From Deferrisomatales bacterium (GTDB lineage Bacteria; Desulfobacterota; Deferrisomatia; Deferrisomatales; JACRMM01): 64,000 nt of DNA. Below the pieces are notes generated by a model. It made no database searches. It was given only the letters and a program-made list of their open reading frames with translations, and was not told the DNA's origin. Position numbers and translations under genes: made by a program. Of the stretch, positions 11,686 through 23,895 are shown piece after piece; position 1 is the first letter of the stretch; each line of letters opens with the position of its first letter. Location: assembly GCA_033551855.1 (NCBI GenBank), contig JAWSUI010000001.1, positions 186,691 through 250,690 of the forward strand, given 5' to 3'.

Positions 11686-12377
11686 ACGGGAACGCCCTCT
11701 GGTTCGTGATCTTCCCGTACGCGGCGGTGGTCCTGTGCGTGGGGGTGTCGGTGCTGCGGGCCGTCCAGCGGCCCTCGACCCTCACCAGCCGCACCTCGCA
11801 GCTCCTGGAGCACCGCAAGCTCCTCTGGGGCAGTGTGCCGTTCCACTGGGGGCTGCTCCTCGTGCTGGGCTTCCACTTGTTGGCCCTGCTGGTCCCCCGG
11901 GGCGTCGAAGTGTGGAACGCGGTGCCCCTGCGGCTCTTCCTCCTGGAGGCCACGGGGCTCGCCCTGGCACTGTGGGCGCTGGGCGGCCTGGCGATTCTGT
12001 TGTGGCGGCGGAGCTTCGACCCGAGAATCCGGGTCGTCACCACCCCCATGGATCAAGTGGTTCTTTGGTTCCTGACGGTGTCGATCGTAACGGGCATCCT
12101 CACGGCGGTGCTGTACCGCTACGGGTCGTTCTGGTTCCCCTCGGTGTTCACACCCTACCTCTGGTCCCTCCTCACCCTGCGCCCCCGGCCGGAGCTGGTG
12201 GCAGACCTGCCCTGGGTCGTGAAGCTCCACGTCCTGGCGTTCTTCGCGTTGCTCGCCGTGTTCCCCTTCTCCCGCCTCGTCCACCTCCTCCCGGTCCCCC
12301 TGGGATACCTGACCCGGCCCTGGCAGGTGGTGCTGTGGACGCGGCGACCCGGGGAGGCGGCTGGACCAAGGAGGTAG
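11682..12377 (+). CDS. narI: Respiratory nitrate reductase gamma subunit (cytochrome b)
   Basis: IFPY, SQLLE, FHWG..GFH, KLH and FPFSRLVH heme b motifs; about 5 TM helices. Confidence 0.93.
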   Translation: MNGNALWFVIFPYAAVVLCVGVSVLRAVQRPSTLTSRTSQLLEHRKLLWGSVPFHWGLLLVLGFHLLALLVPRGVEVWNAVPLRLFLLEATGLALALWALGGLAILLWRRSFDPRIRVVTTPMDQVVLWFLTVSIVTGILTAVLYRYGSFWFPSVFTPYLWSLLTLRPRPELVADLPWVVKLHVLAFFALLAVFPFSRLVHLLPVPLGYLTRPWQVVLWTRRPGEAAGPRR

Positions 12378-12383
12378 GAAACC

Positions 12384-13808
12384 ATGTCCGAACGGGACGT
12401 CGCCTTCGCGAACCCCGGCCGAGGGGGTGCGCTCCTTCGAGATCCCGCGCCTGCAGGCGTGGTGATCCCTGCCAACCCCCACCTGGGGAAGCACCGCCAG
12501 CAAGTCCTATGGCTCTCGACCATCGGGTTCACGGTCATGTTCGCCGTGTGGCTGATGTTCGGGGTGCTCGGCATTCCGCTTCGCCAGGAGCTCGGGCTCA
12601 CCCCGGTCCAGCTCTCCTGGATCTCGGCGGTGGCGATCCTCAACGGGTCGATCTGGCGGCTCCCCTTCGGGATCCTCACGGACCGCGTGGGCGGCCGTCG
12701 CGTGTTTGCGGGCATGCTGCTCCTGACGGCCGTCCCGGCGTTTCTCGTCAGCCGCGCCGACAGCTACACGGAGCTGCTGATCTATGCGTTTCTGGTCGGC
12801 CTTTCCGGGAATTCCTTCACGGTGGGCATCGCCTGGAACGCGGCGTGGTTCCCGCCCGAGCGCCAGGGCTTCGCCCTCGGGGTCTTCGGGGCCGGGAACG
12901 TGGGGGCCTCGGTCACGAAGTTCATCGGGCCGGCCCTCATCGCCGTGATCCCCGCGGCGGGCTTCCTTGGCGGTGTGGTGCCCGGGGGGTGGCGGTTCAT
13001 CCCGTTCCTCTATGGGATCCTGCTGGTCCTCACGGCGGCTGCCCTGTGGCTCTGGACCCCGGCCGAGGACCGGCGCCCGTCGCGGGGCAGGCCGCTCCTG
13101 GACATGCTCAAACCCCTGCGGCACATGGAGGTGTGGCGATTCAGCCTGTACTACGTGGTGGTCTTCGGGGCCTACGTGGCCTTGGCCGCGTGGATCCCCC
13201 TGTACTACGTGGACGTGTTCGGGCTTCCCCTGGCACAGGCGGCTCTTCTCACGACGCTCTACATCTTCCCGGCCAGTCTGCTCCGACCGCTGGGGGGGTG
13301 GCTCTCCGACCGGTACGGTGCCCGGCACGTGATGTACTGGAGCTTCGGCACCATGCTCGCCGCGTGCTTCGTGCTCTCCATCCCCAACGGGCACATGGTC
13401 CTGCAGGTCCCCACCCGCATCGACCCCTCCGGCACCGTGGAGGCGTTTCGCTTCCACATGACGGTCCCGTGGTTCACCTTCCTGGTGGTCCTCGTAGGGG
13501 TCGCGATGGGCGTCGGAAAAGCCGCGGTCTACAAGTACATTCCCGAGTACTTTCCGCGGGACGTGGGGGCGGTGGGGGGGCTCGTGGGATGCCTCGGCGC
13601 CCTCGGCGGGTTCTTCCTGCCGCCGCTCTTCGCCTACGCGGAGAGGGTGAGCGGGCTTCCCCAGACCACTTGGTTCATCCTCTTCCTGCTCACCCTGGTG
13701 AGCCTGGTGTGGATGCACTTGACCGTCATCCGGATCCTGCAGGACGAGTCACCCCAGCTCAAGGACGCCTTCGAGCACCGGGTAGAGGACGCGACCGAGA
13801 GCCCTTAG
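12384..13808 (+). CDS. narK: NarK-family nitrate/nitrite MFS transporter
   Basis: Nitrate-signature motifs GFALGVFGAGNVG and GAVGGLVG; RLPFGILTDRVGGR. Confidence 0.9.
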   Translation: MSERDVAFANPGRGGALLRDPAPAGVVIPANPHLGKHRQQVLWLSTIGFTVMFAVWLMFGVLGIPLRQELGLTPVQLSWISAVAILNGSIWRLPFGILTDRVGGRRVFAGMLLLTAVPAFLVSRADSYTELLIYAFLVGLSGNSFTVGIAWNAAWFPPERQGFALGVFGAGNVGASVTKFIGPALIAVIPAAGFLGGVVPGGWRFIPFLYGILLVLTAAALWLWTPAEDRRPSRGRPLLDMLKPLRHMEVWRFSLYYVVVFGAYVALAAWIPLYYVDVFGLPLAQAALLTTLYIFPASLLRPLGGWLSDRYGARHVMYWSFGTMLAACFVLSIPNGHMVLQVPTRIDPSGTVEAFRFHMTVPWFTFLVVLVGVAMGVGKAAVYKYIPEYFPRDVGAVGGLVGCLGALGGFFLPPLFAYAERVSGLPQTTWFILFLLTLVSLVWMHLTVIRILQDESPQLKDAFEHRVEDATESP

Positions 13809-13814
13809 GGCCTT

Positions 13815-13990
13815 TTGACGGGATGACAGGATGAACCGGATGAGGCAGACCATGACATGTCGCACTGCTGTCTTCCTGGCGGGTTTGGTTGAGATCCGAC
13901 GTCCCGGCCGATCCTGAACATCCCGCTATCTCGTCCAGGATTCCGTGTCGTTTGGTTTTCTCCATCCATGCACTCCCTCTTATCCGGTCA
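13815..13990. repeat. REP-like palindromic intergenic element (copy 2)
   Basis: Left arm TTGACGGGATGACAGGATGAACCGGAT; right arms ATCCTGAACATCCCGCTATCTCGTCCA (13911-13937) and a degenerate one ending TTATCCGGTCA. Confidence 0.6.
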
Positions 13991-14013
13991 GAAGAACCGT
14001 AAAGGAGACACCT

Positions 14014-15381
14014 GTGAGCCGAGACGCCAGAGTGGTCCTGGGGGCAGCCGACCCAAAGCCCAGGGGAACGTGGCTGGACACCTGGACGCCGGAGGACCCC
14101 CAGTTCTGGGCCAGCCAGGGCTCGCGTGTCGCGTGGAGCACCCTGATCATCACCACGGTGAGCCTGGTGCTGGCCTTCGGCACCTGGTTCATGGTGAGCG
14201 CCCTGGTGGTGCGCCTGCCGGCCATCGGGTTCCAGCTCAGCACCACCCAGCTCTTCTGGCTCGCCGCGATGCCGGGCCTGGCGGGGGGGTCGCTCCGCAT
14301 CCTCCACACCTTTCTCGTCCCGATCTACGGGACGCGCCACGTGGTGTCGATCTCGACCCTGCTGCTCCTCGTCCCGGCCCTGGGCTGGGCCGTCGCGGTG
14401 CAGCACATCGGCACGCCCTACTGGGTCCTCATGCTGCTGGCCTTCACCGCCGGGTTTGGGGGCGGAAACTTCTCCTCCTTCATGCCCAGCACCAGCCTCT
14501 TCTTCCCCAAGCGAAAGCAGGGCACGGCCCTCGCGGTCCAGGCGGGGATCGGGAACCTCGGGGTGAGCATCACCCAGTTCGTCACCCCCTGGATCGTGGG
14601 TTTCGGGATCTTCGCCTTCCTGGGGCGGCCCCAGACGTTCACCCGGGGCGGGGTGAGCCAGGACATCTGGCTCCAGAACGCCGCCTACTGGTACATCCCG
14701 CTGATCCTCGTCTTCGGCGTGGCGGGTTGGTTCCTGCTCAAGAGCGTGCCGGTACGGGCGAACTTCCGGGAGCAGTTCGACATCTTCAAGGACAAGCACA
14801 CCTGGTTCATGACCAGCCTCTACATCATGACCTTCGGCACGTTCTCGGGGGCCTCGGCTTCCTTCCCCCTCCTCATCAAGGAGCTCTACACCGTGCTCCC
14901 CGGGGGTCCGGACCCGCTGACCTACGCCTTCATCGGACCCCTGATCGGCTCCCTGAGCCGTGTGGCGGCCGGTCCCCTGAGCGACCGGTTCGGCGGGGGC
15001 ATCCTGACCGTGATCAGCGGCCTGGGGCTCCTGGGGTGCGCCGTGGGGGTGACGTTCTTCACGTCGCCGGAATCCATGGCCGAGTTTCCCTACTTCCTGA
15101 CCGTCATGCTGGCACTCTTCTTCTTCTCCGGGGTCGGCAACGCGTCGACCTTCCGGCAGATGCCGTTGTGCTTCCCTCCGCGGCAGGCCGGCGGGGTCAT
15201 CGGGTGGACGGCCGCCGTCGCGGCCTACGGCCCCTTCTTCTTCTCGGTCATCATCGGCACCCTGATCGCGAAGATGGGCTCGCCCAACCTGTTCTTCTTC
15301 GGCCTCGCCGCCTTCTGCCTGGCCAACGTGGCCATCTGCTGGTGGTACTACACCCGGCCGGGGGCGGAGAAGCCCTCGTAG
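14014..15381 (+). CDS. narK2: Second NarK-family nitrate/nitrite transporter (NarK2/NarU type)
   Basis: WTPEDPQFW, GGGNFSSFM, GIGNLGVS, GNASTFRQ and AAYGPF motifs; GTG start after an AAGGAG RBS. Confidence 0.9.
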   Translation: MSRDARVVLGAADPKPRGTWLDTWTPEDPQFWASQGSRVAWSTLIITTVSLVLAFGTWFMVSALVVRLPAIGFQLSTTQLFWLAAMPGLAGGSLRILHTFLVPIYGTRHVVSISTLLLLVPALGWAVAVQHIGTPYWVLMLLAFTAGFGGGNFSSFMPSTSLFFPKRKQGTALAVQAGIGNLGVSITQFVTPWIVGFGIFAFLGRPQTFTRGGVSQDIWLQNAAYWYIPLILVFGVAGWFLLKSVPVRANFREQFDIFKDKHTWFMTSLYIMTFGTFSGASASFPLLIKELYTVLPGGPDPLTYAFIGPLIGSLSRVAAGPLSDRFGGGILTVISGLGLLGCAVGVTFFTSPESMAEFPYFLTVMLALFFFSGVGNASTFRQMPLCFPPRQAGGVIGWTAAVAAYGPFFFSVIIGTLIAKMGSPNLFFFGLAAFCLANVAICWWYYTRPGAEKPS

Positions 15382-15547
15382 CCCGGTTCGGCGGGAGGGT
15401 TTGACGGGCGCAGGTAGGATGCGGGAACGGTGCCATTGCGGGCCCGAATCGCGTCCGGAGCCGGCATCAGACCTTCCAATTTCTTCCGGGCACGCCCCAC
15501 GGGGTACAAAGGCCTCGTCGCACATTCTCCGGACGGGAGGAGGAGAG

Positions 15548-15967
15548 ATGAGGCTTCTTCGGACGTGGTCACTCGGTTTGGCGATGCTTCTGGTGGGCGC
15601 AGCGGGGGCTGCCGCGAGCTACCGCTACATCTCGCCGGACGAGATGAACAAGCGGTTGGAGGCCGGGCCGGCCGCGGTGCTGGTGGACATCTGCCCGGCG
15701 GAGCAGTTCCAGAAGGGGCACCTCCCGGGCTCCATCCAGACCAACGCACACCCCGTGAAGACCGACCGGGAAAAGGCGATGCTCGAGAAGGCGCTTTCAG
15801 CAATCCAGGCCTCCGCCGGCTCGGACGTCGTTATAGTTTGTCCCCGCGGTGGCACAGGGGCCGAGCGAACGGTCCAGCACCTCAAAACCCTGGGGGTGGA
15901 GGAGAATCGGCTCCTCATCCTGGGGGGCGGGATCGAGCGCTGGCCCCACGGGACGGTGACGGACTGA
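15548..15967 (+). CDS. Exported rhodanese-domain protein
   Basis: Signal peptide; VDIC..EQF.KGHLPGS, VCPRGG and LGGGIERW rhodanese motifs. Confidence 0.8.
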   Translation: MRLLRTWSLGLAMLLVGAAGAAASYRYISPDEMNKRLEAGPAAVLVDICPAEQFQKGHLPGSIQTNAHPVKTDREKAMLEKALSAIQASAGSDVVIVCPRGGTGAERTVQHLKTLGVEENRLLILGGGIERWPHGTVTD

Positions 15968-16069
15968 TCGAAGGCCCCGGGGCGCCGACCCTCTCCGGGG
16001 TGCTCCCCGCGGGACCACCTGTCCGGTCCCCCGGTTCATCCGGGCGACACGGCTGCGCAAAGGGGCGCC

Positions 16070-16315
16070 ATGGCAAAGCACTCCCATCGGTTCGTGGAGG
16101 ATTTCGGGGGCTTCCTGGGGTACGGCCTGGACCGGGAGTCGAACGAGAACGTGGTCCGGTGGTATCTCCAGAAGCTGTCCGATGACGAGGTTTCAAAAGT
16201 GGTCGTGCGGCGGATGAGCGACCGAGAGCTGGAGGAGATCTTCGAAACCCTCGGGGGAATCCTCAGAAAACACCTCTCCGATGCCGAATACCACCGGTTG
16301 TTCTTGAAGGAGTGA
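16070..16315 (+). CDS. Small conserved hypothetical cytoplasmic protein
   Basis: 81-aa ORF with RBS and normal protein-like composition (YLQKLSDD...EYHRLFLKE). Confidence 0.7.
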   Translation: MAKHSHRFVEDFGGFLGYGLDRESNENVVRWYLQKLSDDEVSKVVVRRMSDRELEEIFETLGGILRKHLSDAEYHRLFLKE

Positions 16316-16401
16316 CCCGGGCTCGCCAGCCGGCGGGGCCCGATACGCGGGCGGCGGGTGACCGGAGCGCCTGCGGCGCAGGTGGGCCTCTCCGGATGCC
16401 G

Positions 16402-17498
<1,097 letters not shown>

Positions 17499-17594
17499 AA
17501 AAATAAGAGGGGGAGCTCGGCGCTGCTCTCCGGGGGGGCAAAGAGCGTTGCGGTTCCGAACTCCCCCAACTGTGCTACGTGAGGGTACGAGGGA

Positions 17595-17623
17595 ACTATG
17601 CACCGCCCTGTCGAGGCTGTCAA
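17595..17623 (-). promoter_or_regulatory. Sigma70 promoter pointing at the candidate ncRNA copy A
   Basis: TTGACA-17 nt-CATAGT on the minus strand; no ORF follows, only a hairpin, a T-tract and the 209-nt element. Confidence 0.6.
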
Positions 17624-18145
17624 CGGGAAAACGACATGGAAAACGGTCGTCTCCGCCGGGGGCGGGCCGCGTCGGGGAGTCCCTACATGTCTCTCTGATC
17701 ATACAGGGGTCGGACCGCCTGCGAGGACGCCTCGCGGGGAGAGTGTCGGGAACACCCGACACGTTCCGGGGGCGATCTCTCGACACGGATCGCCGGCCCG
17801 CTCTGGGGGCAGGTTTTCGCCGCGGTCCGGAGTGTGCAAGGGGACCCCGCTCTCGCGGCCCTCCCCCCGACGGGCCCTTCGCCCGTGATGGGAGAATCTA
17901 GAAACGACGTTTCATCCGGGGGGGGCCGGCCGGGGCGACTCCTTGGCTCTCGTGGTCCGGGCCTACTTTTCGGGTGCTCGTCCCAGCCTCGGGGCTGAAA
18001 ACGGAACGGTCGGCACCTGTTCTACAGTGGCAGCGCCCGTTTGTCCTTCGGGTGCTCCCAGGAACCCGCAGCAAAGCGCGGGGAGGGGACAGGGAAAGGC
18101 CTTGACCGTCCTGGAGATTTCTTCTACCGTGGCGCGCGCTTAAGG

Positions 18146-18175
18146 TTGACTGAATTTGTTTCAGTAATTCTAAAT
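18146..18175 (+). promoter_or_regulatory. Promoter with an overlapping palindromic operator upstream of the XRE regulator/beta-oxidation cluster
   Basis: AT-rich patch: TTGACT (18146-18151) overlapped by ACTGAA-N5-TTCAGT (18149-18165). Confidence 0.55.
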
Positions 18176-18327
18176 GACCTGCCGCCTTGCTTCGAGAGGG
18201 TTCCGGCACGGCGGCGACGGCTGGAGCGAGCCGGTCGTGGGGGGCGGGGGGGCGGCGGCCGCCAGAGGCCTCGGGGTGTGGGACCCCTCGGGGCGGTTTC
18301 TCGGCCCCATCGCCCCCAGGGTGACCG

Positions 18328-18906
18328 ATGAAGAAACAGGTCCTGGAAATGCTGAATCTGGGAGCCCGCTTCAAGGAGCTCCGGCGGCAGAATGGGATGA
18401 CGCTCAAAGATCTGGCAGAGAAGACGGGTTTCAGCCCGGCGCTCCTCTCCCAGATCGAGAACAACATCGTCTCGCCCTCCATCTCGACCCTCTGGTCCTT
18501 GGCCGAAGCGCTGGGCGTGAAGATCGGATATTTCTTCCAGCAGGAAGGCGAGGAGCTCCAGGATTACGTGGTCACGCGGGCAGGCAGGGAGGCTCTGGTG
18601 TATCGGAACGAGCTTCCCCACACCCTGCCCTATCGCGACCTGGCCTACGGCCTCGAAGACCGGGGCATGAGCCCGTTTCTGATCGTGTGCGATGAGGCGT
18701 GTGAATTCTCGCTCAAGGAAGTGGTCTACGAGGGTCAGGAGTTCCTCTTCCTGATTCAAGGAGCCATCGACGTGGTCTACGGGGAGAAGCGGTTCGAGTT
18801 GGGGCCCGGCGACAGCATCTATTACAACGCGGGAATCCCCCACAGGATCGAGGCCCGCCAGGGAGCCCGGTTCCTGGCCGTGCTCTTCGAGGCCCACAAG
18901 CACTGA
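18328..18906 (+). CDS. XRE-family transcriptional regulator with cupin domain
   Basis: N-terminal HTH (MTLKDLAEKTGFSPALLSQIENN..SPS); C-terminal cupin (GQEFLFL...GDSIYY...PH). Confidence 0.9.
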   Translation: MKKQVLEMLNLGARFKELRRQNGMTLKDLAEKTGFSPALLSQIENNIVSPSISTLWSLAEALGVKIGYFFQQEGEELQDYVVTRAGREALVYRNELPHTLPYRDLAYGLEDRGMSPFLIVCDEACEFSLKEVVYEGQEFLFLIQGAIDVVYGEKRFELGPGDSIYYNAGIPHRIEARQGARFLAVLFEAHKH

Positions 18907-18941
18907 TGCGCCGGGGCGCTACGACCCCAGGAGGAGTGTCC

Positions 18942-20129
18942 ATGATTCGCGAGGCCGTGATCGTTTCCGCCTGCCGTACCCCGATCGGGGGGTATCTGGG
19001 CACCCTGCTTCCCCACAGCGCCACCGACCTGGGCGGGATCGCCGTCCAGGAGGCGGTGCGCCGTGCCGGGATCGAGCCGGGGGACGTGGAGGAGTGCATT
19101 CTGGGCAGCGTCCTCCAGGCGGGGCTCGGCCAGAACCCCGCCCGCCAGGCGGCGCTGAAGGGGGGTCTCGCGCCCTCGGTGAACGCCTTTACCGTGAACA
19201 AGGTGTGTGGCTCGGGGCTCAAAGCCGTCATGCTGGCCTCGCAGGCGGTGGCTCTCGGAGAGGCTGAGGTCGTCGTGGCCGGCGGTATGGAGAGCATGTC
19301 GAACGCGCCCTACCTCCAGAGGAACCTTCGGGGAGGCGTTCGACTGGGGAACTTTCCCACCATCGACGCCATGGTCCACGACGGGCTCTGGTGTGCGTTC
19401 CACGACGTACACATGGGCAACCTCGCGGAGTTCACCGCGGAGAGGGCGGGCTTGTCCCGCCAGGAGCTGGACGAGTTCGCGGCGGGAAGCCAGCAGAAGG
19501 CGGGCCGCGCCATCACCTCCGGGGCATTCCGGCGGGAGATCGTGGCCGTGGAGGTGGCCCAGAAGAAGGGCCCGCCCGCGGTCTTCGACACCGACGAGTC
19601 GGTCAAGCCACAGACGACGGTGGAGGCCCTGTCCAAGCTCCGACCCGCATTCCAGAAGGACGGCGTGGTGACGGCGGGCAACGCCCCGGGCCTCACCGAT
19701 GGGGCGAGCGCGGTGGTCGTGACGAGCCGGGAGTTCGCGAAGGCCAGGAACCTCCCCGTCCTGGCGGTGGTCAAGGAGCGGGCCGCAGCGCACCGGGAGC
19801 CGAAGGAGGTCTTCTTTGCCCCCATTGACGCGGTTCGCAAGGTCATGGCCCGGGGCGGCTACGGCATCGGAGATTTCGACCTCGTCGAGGCCAACGAGGC
19901 CTTCGCGTCCCAGTGCTTGGCGGACGGAAGGGAGCTCGGCTGGGACTGGGACAGGGTCAATGTCAACGGCGGCGCCATTGCCTTGGGGCATCCCATTGGC
20001 GCCAGCGGCGCCCGGGTGTTGACGACACTTCTCTACGCCATGGAGGCTCGGGGTGCGGGCCGGGGGCTCGCGACTCTGTGCCTGGGCGGGGGGGGGGCGG
20101 TCGCACTGGTGGTCGAGCGCGAGGGGTGA
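18942..20129 (+). CDS. thlA: Acetyl-CoA C-acetyltransferase (thiolase)
   Basis: [22 protein letters not shown] and LCLGGG catalytic motifs. Confidence 0.95.
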   Translation: MIREAVIVSACRTPIGGYLGTLLPHSATDLGGIAVQEAVRRAGIEPGDVEECILGSVLQAGLGQNPARQAALKGGLAPSVNAFTVNKVCGSGLKAVMLASQAVALGEAEVVVAGGMESMSNAPYLQRNLRGGVRLGNFPTIDAMVHDGLWCAFHDVHMGNLAEFTAERAGLSRQELDEFAAGSQQKAGRAITSGAFRREIVAVEVAQKKGPPAVFDTDESVKPQTTVEALSKLRPAFQKDGVVTAGNAPGLTDGASAVVVTSREFAKARNLPVLAVVKERAAAHREPKEVFFAPIDAVRKVMARGGYGIGDFDLVEANEAFASQCLADGRELGWDWDRVNVNGGAIALGHPIGASGARVLTTLLYAMEARGAGRGLATLCLGGGGAVALVVEREG

Positions 20130-20192
20130 GGGCCGGCGCGCCGCCGGCCGCATAGACGGAAACGCTGCATTTTCTCAGAGACGGAGGAAGCC

Positions 20193-21047
20193 ATGGCGAT
20201 CCAGAAGGTGGGAGTGATCGGAGCCGGGACGATGGGGCACGGCATCGCGCAGGTATTCGCAGTAGGAGGCTACTCGGTCGTCTTGCGGGACATCTCCGAC
20301 GAGTTCGTGCAGAAGGGTATGGCCGCGATCGGGAAGAATCTCGACCGTCTGGTAGCCAAGGAGAAGATGACAGCCGCGGAGAGGGACGCCGCCTTGGGCC
20401 GCATCCAGGGAACCACCGACCTCGAGGCCCTCGCCGACGTGGACGTGGCGGTGGAGGCCGCCACGGAGAACCTGGAGATCAAGCTCAAGATCTTTGGGGA
20501 CCTCGACCGGATCACCAAACCGGAGGCGATCCTTGCCTCGAACACGTCGTCCATCTCGATCACCAAGGTCGGGAAGGCCACAAAGCGGCCCGACCGCGTC
20601 ATCGGCATGCACTTCATGAACCCGGTGCCGGTGATGAAGCTCATCGAGATCATCCGCGGCCTCCAGACCTCCGACGAGGTGTTCTCCGCCATCGAGGACC
20701 TCTCCAAGAAGCTCGGCAAAGTGCCGGTGTCGGTGAACGACAGCCCCGGGTTCGTGTCGAACCGGATTCTCCTCCCGATGATCAACGAGGCGGTGTTCAC
20801 CCTCTACGAGGGGATTGCCTCGCCCAAGGACATCGACACGGTGATGAAGCTCGGGATGAACCATCCGATGGGCCCACTGGAGCTGGCGGATCTCATCGGC
20901 CTCGACGTCTGCCTGTACATCATGGAAGTGCTTTACGAGGGTTTCGGCGACTCCAAGTATCGGCCGTGTCCCCTCCTGAAGAAGATGGTGGATGCCGGGA
21001 ACCTCGGCCGGAAGACCGGCAAGGGTTTCTACGACTACACGAACTGA
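20193..21047 (+). CDS. hbd: 3-hydroxybutyryl-CoA dehydrogenase
   Basis: GAGTMG Rossmann motif, SNTSS, GMHFMNP, HPMGPL. Confidence 0.95.
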   Translation: MAIQKVGVIGAGTMGHGIAQVFAVGGYSVVLRDISDEFVQKGMAAIGKNLDRLVAKEKMTAAERDAALGRIQGTTDLEALADVDVAVEAATENLEIKLKIFGDLDRITKPEAILASNTSSISITKVGKATKRPDRVIGMHFMNPVPVMKLIEIIRGLQTSDEVFSAIEDLSKKLGKVPVSVNDSPGFVSNRILLPMINEAVFTLYEGIASPKDIDTVMKLGMNHPMGPLELADLIGLDVCLYIMEVLYEGFGDSKYRPCPLLKKMVDAGNLGRKTGKGFYDYTN

Positions 21048-21060
21048 GGGAGGTTCTGTC

Positions 21061-21846
21061 ATGGCCTACGCGAACATCCTGCTCGAGATGCCCGAAGCCG
21101 GGTTGTACGTGCTCACCGTCAACCGCCCCAAGGCGCTCAACGCCCTGACTGCGGAAACCCTGGACGAGATGGCCGCTGCGGTGGTCCACGTGGCTGCGGA
21201 CCCGCGGGCGCGGGTGCTTCTCCTCACCGGCGCCGGGGACAAGGCCTTCGTGGCCGGGGCCGACATCAGCCAGATGCGGTCCTTCACGGCCCTGGAGGCA
21301 AAGGATTTCTCCCTGAAGGGCCTGCGCACGTTCCGCAGTCTGGAGAACCTGCCCGTCCCGACCATCGCCGTGGTGAACGGCTACTGCCTCGGCGGGGGCT
21401 GCGAGCTCGCCATGAGTTGCGATTGGGTCCTTGCCAGCGACAAGGCCGTCTTCGGGCAGCCCGAGGTGGGCCTGGGGGTCACCCCCGGGTTCGGCGGAAC
21501 CCAGCGCCTCACCCGTCTGGTGGGGCGGGCCCGCGCCATGGAGCTCGTAACCACCGCCCGTCAGGTCAGGGCGGAGGAGGCCCGCCAGATCGGTCTCGCC
21601 AACCACGTGTTCGCCGGTGAGGTCCTGATGGAGGAGGCCATGAAGATGGCCCGGGTCGTGGCGTCGAAGGGTCCGGCGGCGGTGCGGCTCGCCAAGGAGG
21701 GGGTGCAGCGGGGGCAGGACCTGGACCTCGACAACGCCTGCATCCTCGAGAGCGACCTGTTCTCCCTGTGCTTCGCGACGGAGGACCAGAAGGAAGGAAT
21801 GGGCGCTTTCCTGGAGAAGCGCAAAGCCCAGTTCCGGGGCGCCTGA
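21061..21846 (+). CDS. crt: Enoyl-CoA hydratase (crotonase)
   Basis: NRPKALNAL, FVAGADI, LGGGCEL, GQPEV.LG..PGFGGTQRL. Confidence 0.93.
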   Translation: MAYANILLEMPEAGLYVLTVNRPKALNALTAETLDEMAAAVVHVAADPRARVLLLTGAGDKAFVAGADISQMRSFTALEAKDFSLKGLRTFRSLENLPVPTIAVVNGYCLGGGCELAMSCDWVLASDKAVFGQPEVGLGVTPGFGGTQRLTRLVGRARAMELVTTARQVRAEEARQIGLANHVFAGEVLMEEAMKMARVVASKGPAAVRLAKEGVQRGQDLDLDNACILESDLFSLCFATEDQKEGMGAFLEKRKAQFRGA

Positions 21847-21943
21847 CGTTCCGGGGTGATTGCCCTGGAAATGTGAGGGGTTTTGTGGTTGGCTTGGGCG
21901 CGCCGCAGCGGTCGCCCAAGGCCGCCCGACGAGGAGGGGCCGC

Positions 21944-23089
21944 ATGAACTTCGAATTGGACGACATCCAGACCATGGTCCGGGACACCGCGCGCAAGTTT
22001 GCGCGGGAAGAGGTGGCCCCCTACGCAGCGGAGATGGACAAGGCGGCTGCGTTTCGTATGGACCTGGTCCGGCAGATGGGAGAGCTGGGTTTCCTCGGCG
22101 TCGCCATTCCTGAGGAATTCGGGGGCGGCGGCATGGACTACCGGTGCTACGCGATCGTGGTCGAGGAGCTCTCGACCGTGTGCGCCTCCACCGGGGTCGT
22201 GGTGTCGGCCCACTCGAGCCTCTGCTGTGACCCGATCTACCGCAGCGGAACAGAGGAACAGAAGCGGAAGTTTCTCGTCCCCCTGGCCTCGGGAAGGATG
22301 CTCGGCTGCCTGGGGCTCACCGAGTCCCAGGCCGGCAGCGATGCGGGCAACCAGAAGACGACCGCGGTGCGGGACGGAGATGAGTGGGTCCTCAACGGCA
22401 GCAAGATCTTCATCACCAACGGCGGTCCGGCCGGCGTGGCGGTCGTGATCGCCGTCACGAACAAGGCCGCCGGCAGCAAGGGGCTGTCCGCCTTCATCGT
22501 GCCCGCCGACGCCCGTGGCTACAAGGTGGCGAAGGAGGAGCACAAGTTGGGCATCCGCGCCAGCTCCACGGCAGAGCTGGTCTTCGACGAGTGCCGCATC
22601 CCGTCAGAAAACCTCCTGGGCAAGGAGGGTGACGGCTTCAAGATCGCGCTCCAGACCCTGGACGGGGGGCGCATCGGTATCGCGGCCCAAGCCGTCGGGA
22701 TCGCGCGGGGGGCCCTCGAGCACGCCACGGCCTACGCCAAGGAGCGGGTGCAGTTCGGCCAGTCGATCTCGAGCTTTCAGGCCATCCAGTGGAAGCTCGC
22801 GGACATGGCCACCGAGATCGACGCCGCCCGGCTCCTCACCTGGCGGGCCGCCTGGATGAAAGACAAGGGGCTGAAGAATTTCGGCAAGGAAGCGGCCATG
22901 GCGAAGCTCTTCGCCGCGGACGCCGCCATGAAGGCAACCCGCGAAGCCATCCAGGTTTTCGGGGGCTACGGGTATATCGACGAGTACCCGGTGGAGCGGT
23001 TCTACCGGGACGCCAAGATCACCGAGATCTACGAAGGCACGAGCGAGGTGCAGAAGATGGTGATCGCCCGCGCCGTGCTCCGCGATTGA
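21944..23089 (+). CDS. bcd: Butyryl-CoA (short-chain acyl-CoA) dehydrogenase
   Basis: [44 protein letters not shown]. Confidence 0.92.
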   Translation: MNFELDDIQTMVRDTARKFAREEVAPYAAEMDKAAAFRMDLVRQMGELGFLGVAIPEEFGGGGMDYRCYAIVVEELSTVCASTGVVVSAHSSLCCDPIYRSGTEEQKRKFLVPLASGRMLGCLGLTESQAGSDAGNQKTTAVRDGDEWVLNGSKIFITNGGPAGVAVVIAVTNKAAGSKGLSAFIVPADARGYKVAKEEHKLGIRASSTAELVFDECRIPSENLLGKEGDGFKIALQTLDGGRIGIAAQAVGIARGALEHATAYAKERVQFGQSISSFQAIQWKLADMATEIDAARLLTWRAAWMKDKGLKNFGKEAAMAKLFAADAAMKATREAIQVFGGYGYIDEYPVERFYRDAKITEIYEGTSEVQKMVIARAVLRD

Positions 23090-23126
23090 CGCAGACGGGG
23101 TCACCCCAGACAGAGGAGGGAAACCG

Positions 23127-23873
23127 ATGAAGATCATGGTGCCCGTGCGCAGGGTCCCGAATCCCGATGTGAAGGTCCGCTTGAAGAAGGACGGCACGGG
23201 GATCGAGACGGAAGGCGTCAACTTCCTGGTGAACAACTTCGACGAGTGGGCGATCGAGGAGGCCGTTCGGATCACCGAGAAGGGGGGCGGCGAGGTGTTC
23301 CTGGTCTCCATCGGGGGGCCGGAGAACGAGGAAACCCTGCGGGCCGGTCTGGCCCTGGGTGCGCACCGGGCCTACCTGGTCACGGTGGACCAGCCGTACG
23401 AGAGCTCGGTCATCGCCGACCTCCTCGCCGCGGTCTACAAGCTGGAGAGCCCGGACATGGTGATTGCGGGCAAGCAGAGCGTGGACACCGACAACAACCA
23501 GGCGGCCCAGATGCTGGCGGCCAAGCTGGGGCTGCCCCAGGCGTGCTTCGCCTTCCGGGTATCCGTGGACGGCGCCAAGGCGACGGTGCAGCGGGAGATC
23601 GACGGCGGGCTCGAGACCAAGGAGGTCGAGCTTCCCTGCGTCATCACCGCCGACCTGCGCCTGAACACCCCCCGGTATGCCAGCCTGCCGGCCATCATGA
23701 AGGCCAAGAAGAAGGAAGTGAAGAAGGTCACCGTGGCGGAGCTCGGCGTCTCGGCGACGAACCGCACCCGGGTCCTCGGCCTCAAGGAGCCGCCGCCGCG
23801 CAAGGCCGGCCAGAGGGTATCGAGCGTGGACGAGCTCGTGGAGAAGCTGGTCAACGAGGCAAAGGCCCTATAA
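23127..23873 (+). CDS. etfB: Electron transfer flavoprotein beta subunit
   Basis: NNFDEWAIEEA, GKQSVD, PRYASLPAIMKAKKK. Confidence 0.95.
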   Translation: MKIMVPVRRVPNPDVKVRLKKDGTGIETEGVNFLVNNFDEWAIEEAVRITEKGGGEVFLVSIGGPENEETLRAGLALGAHRAYLVTVDQPYESSVIADLLAAVYKLESPDMVIAGKQSVDTDNNQAAQMLAAKLGLPQACFAFRVSVDGAKATVQREIDGGLETKEVELPCVITADLRLNTPRYASLPAIMKAKKKEVKKVTVAELGVSATNRTRVLGLKEPPPRKAGQRVSSVDELVEKLVNEAKAL

Positions 23874-23895
23874 TCAACCCCCTTCCCTAGTCTCC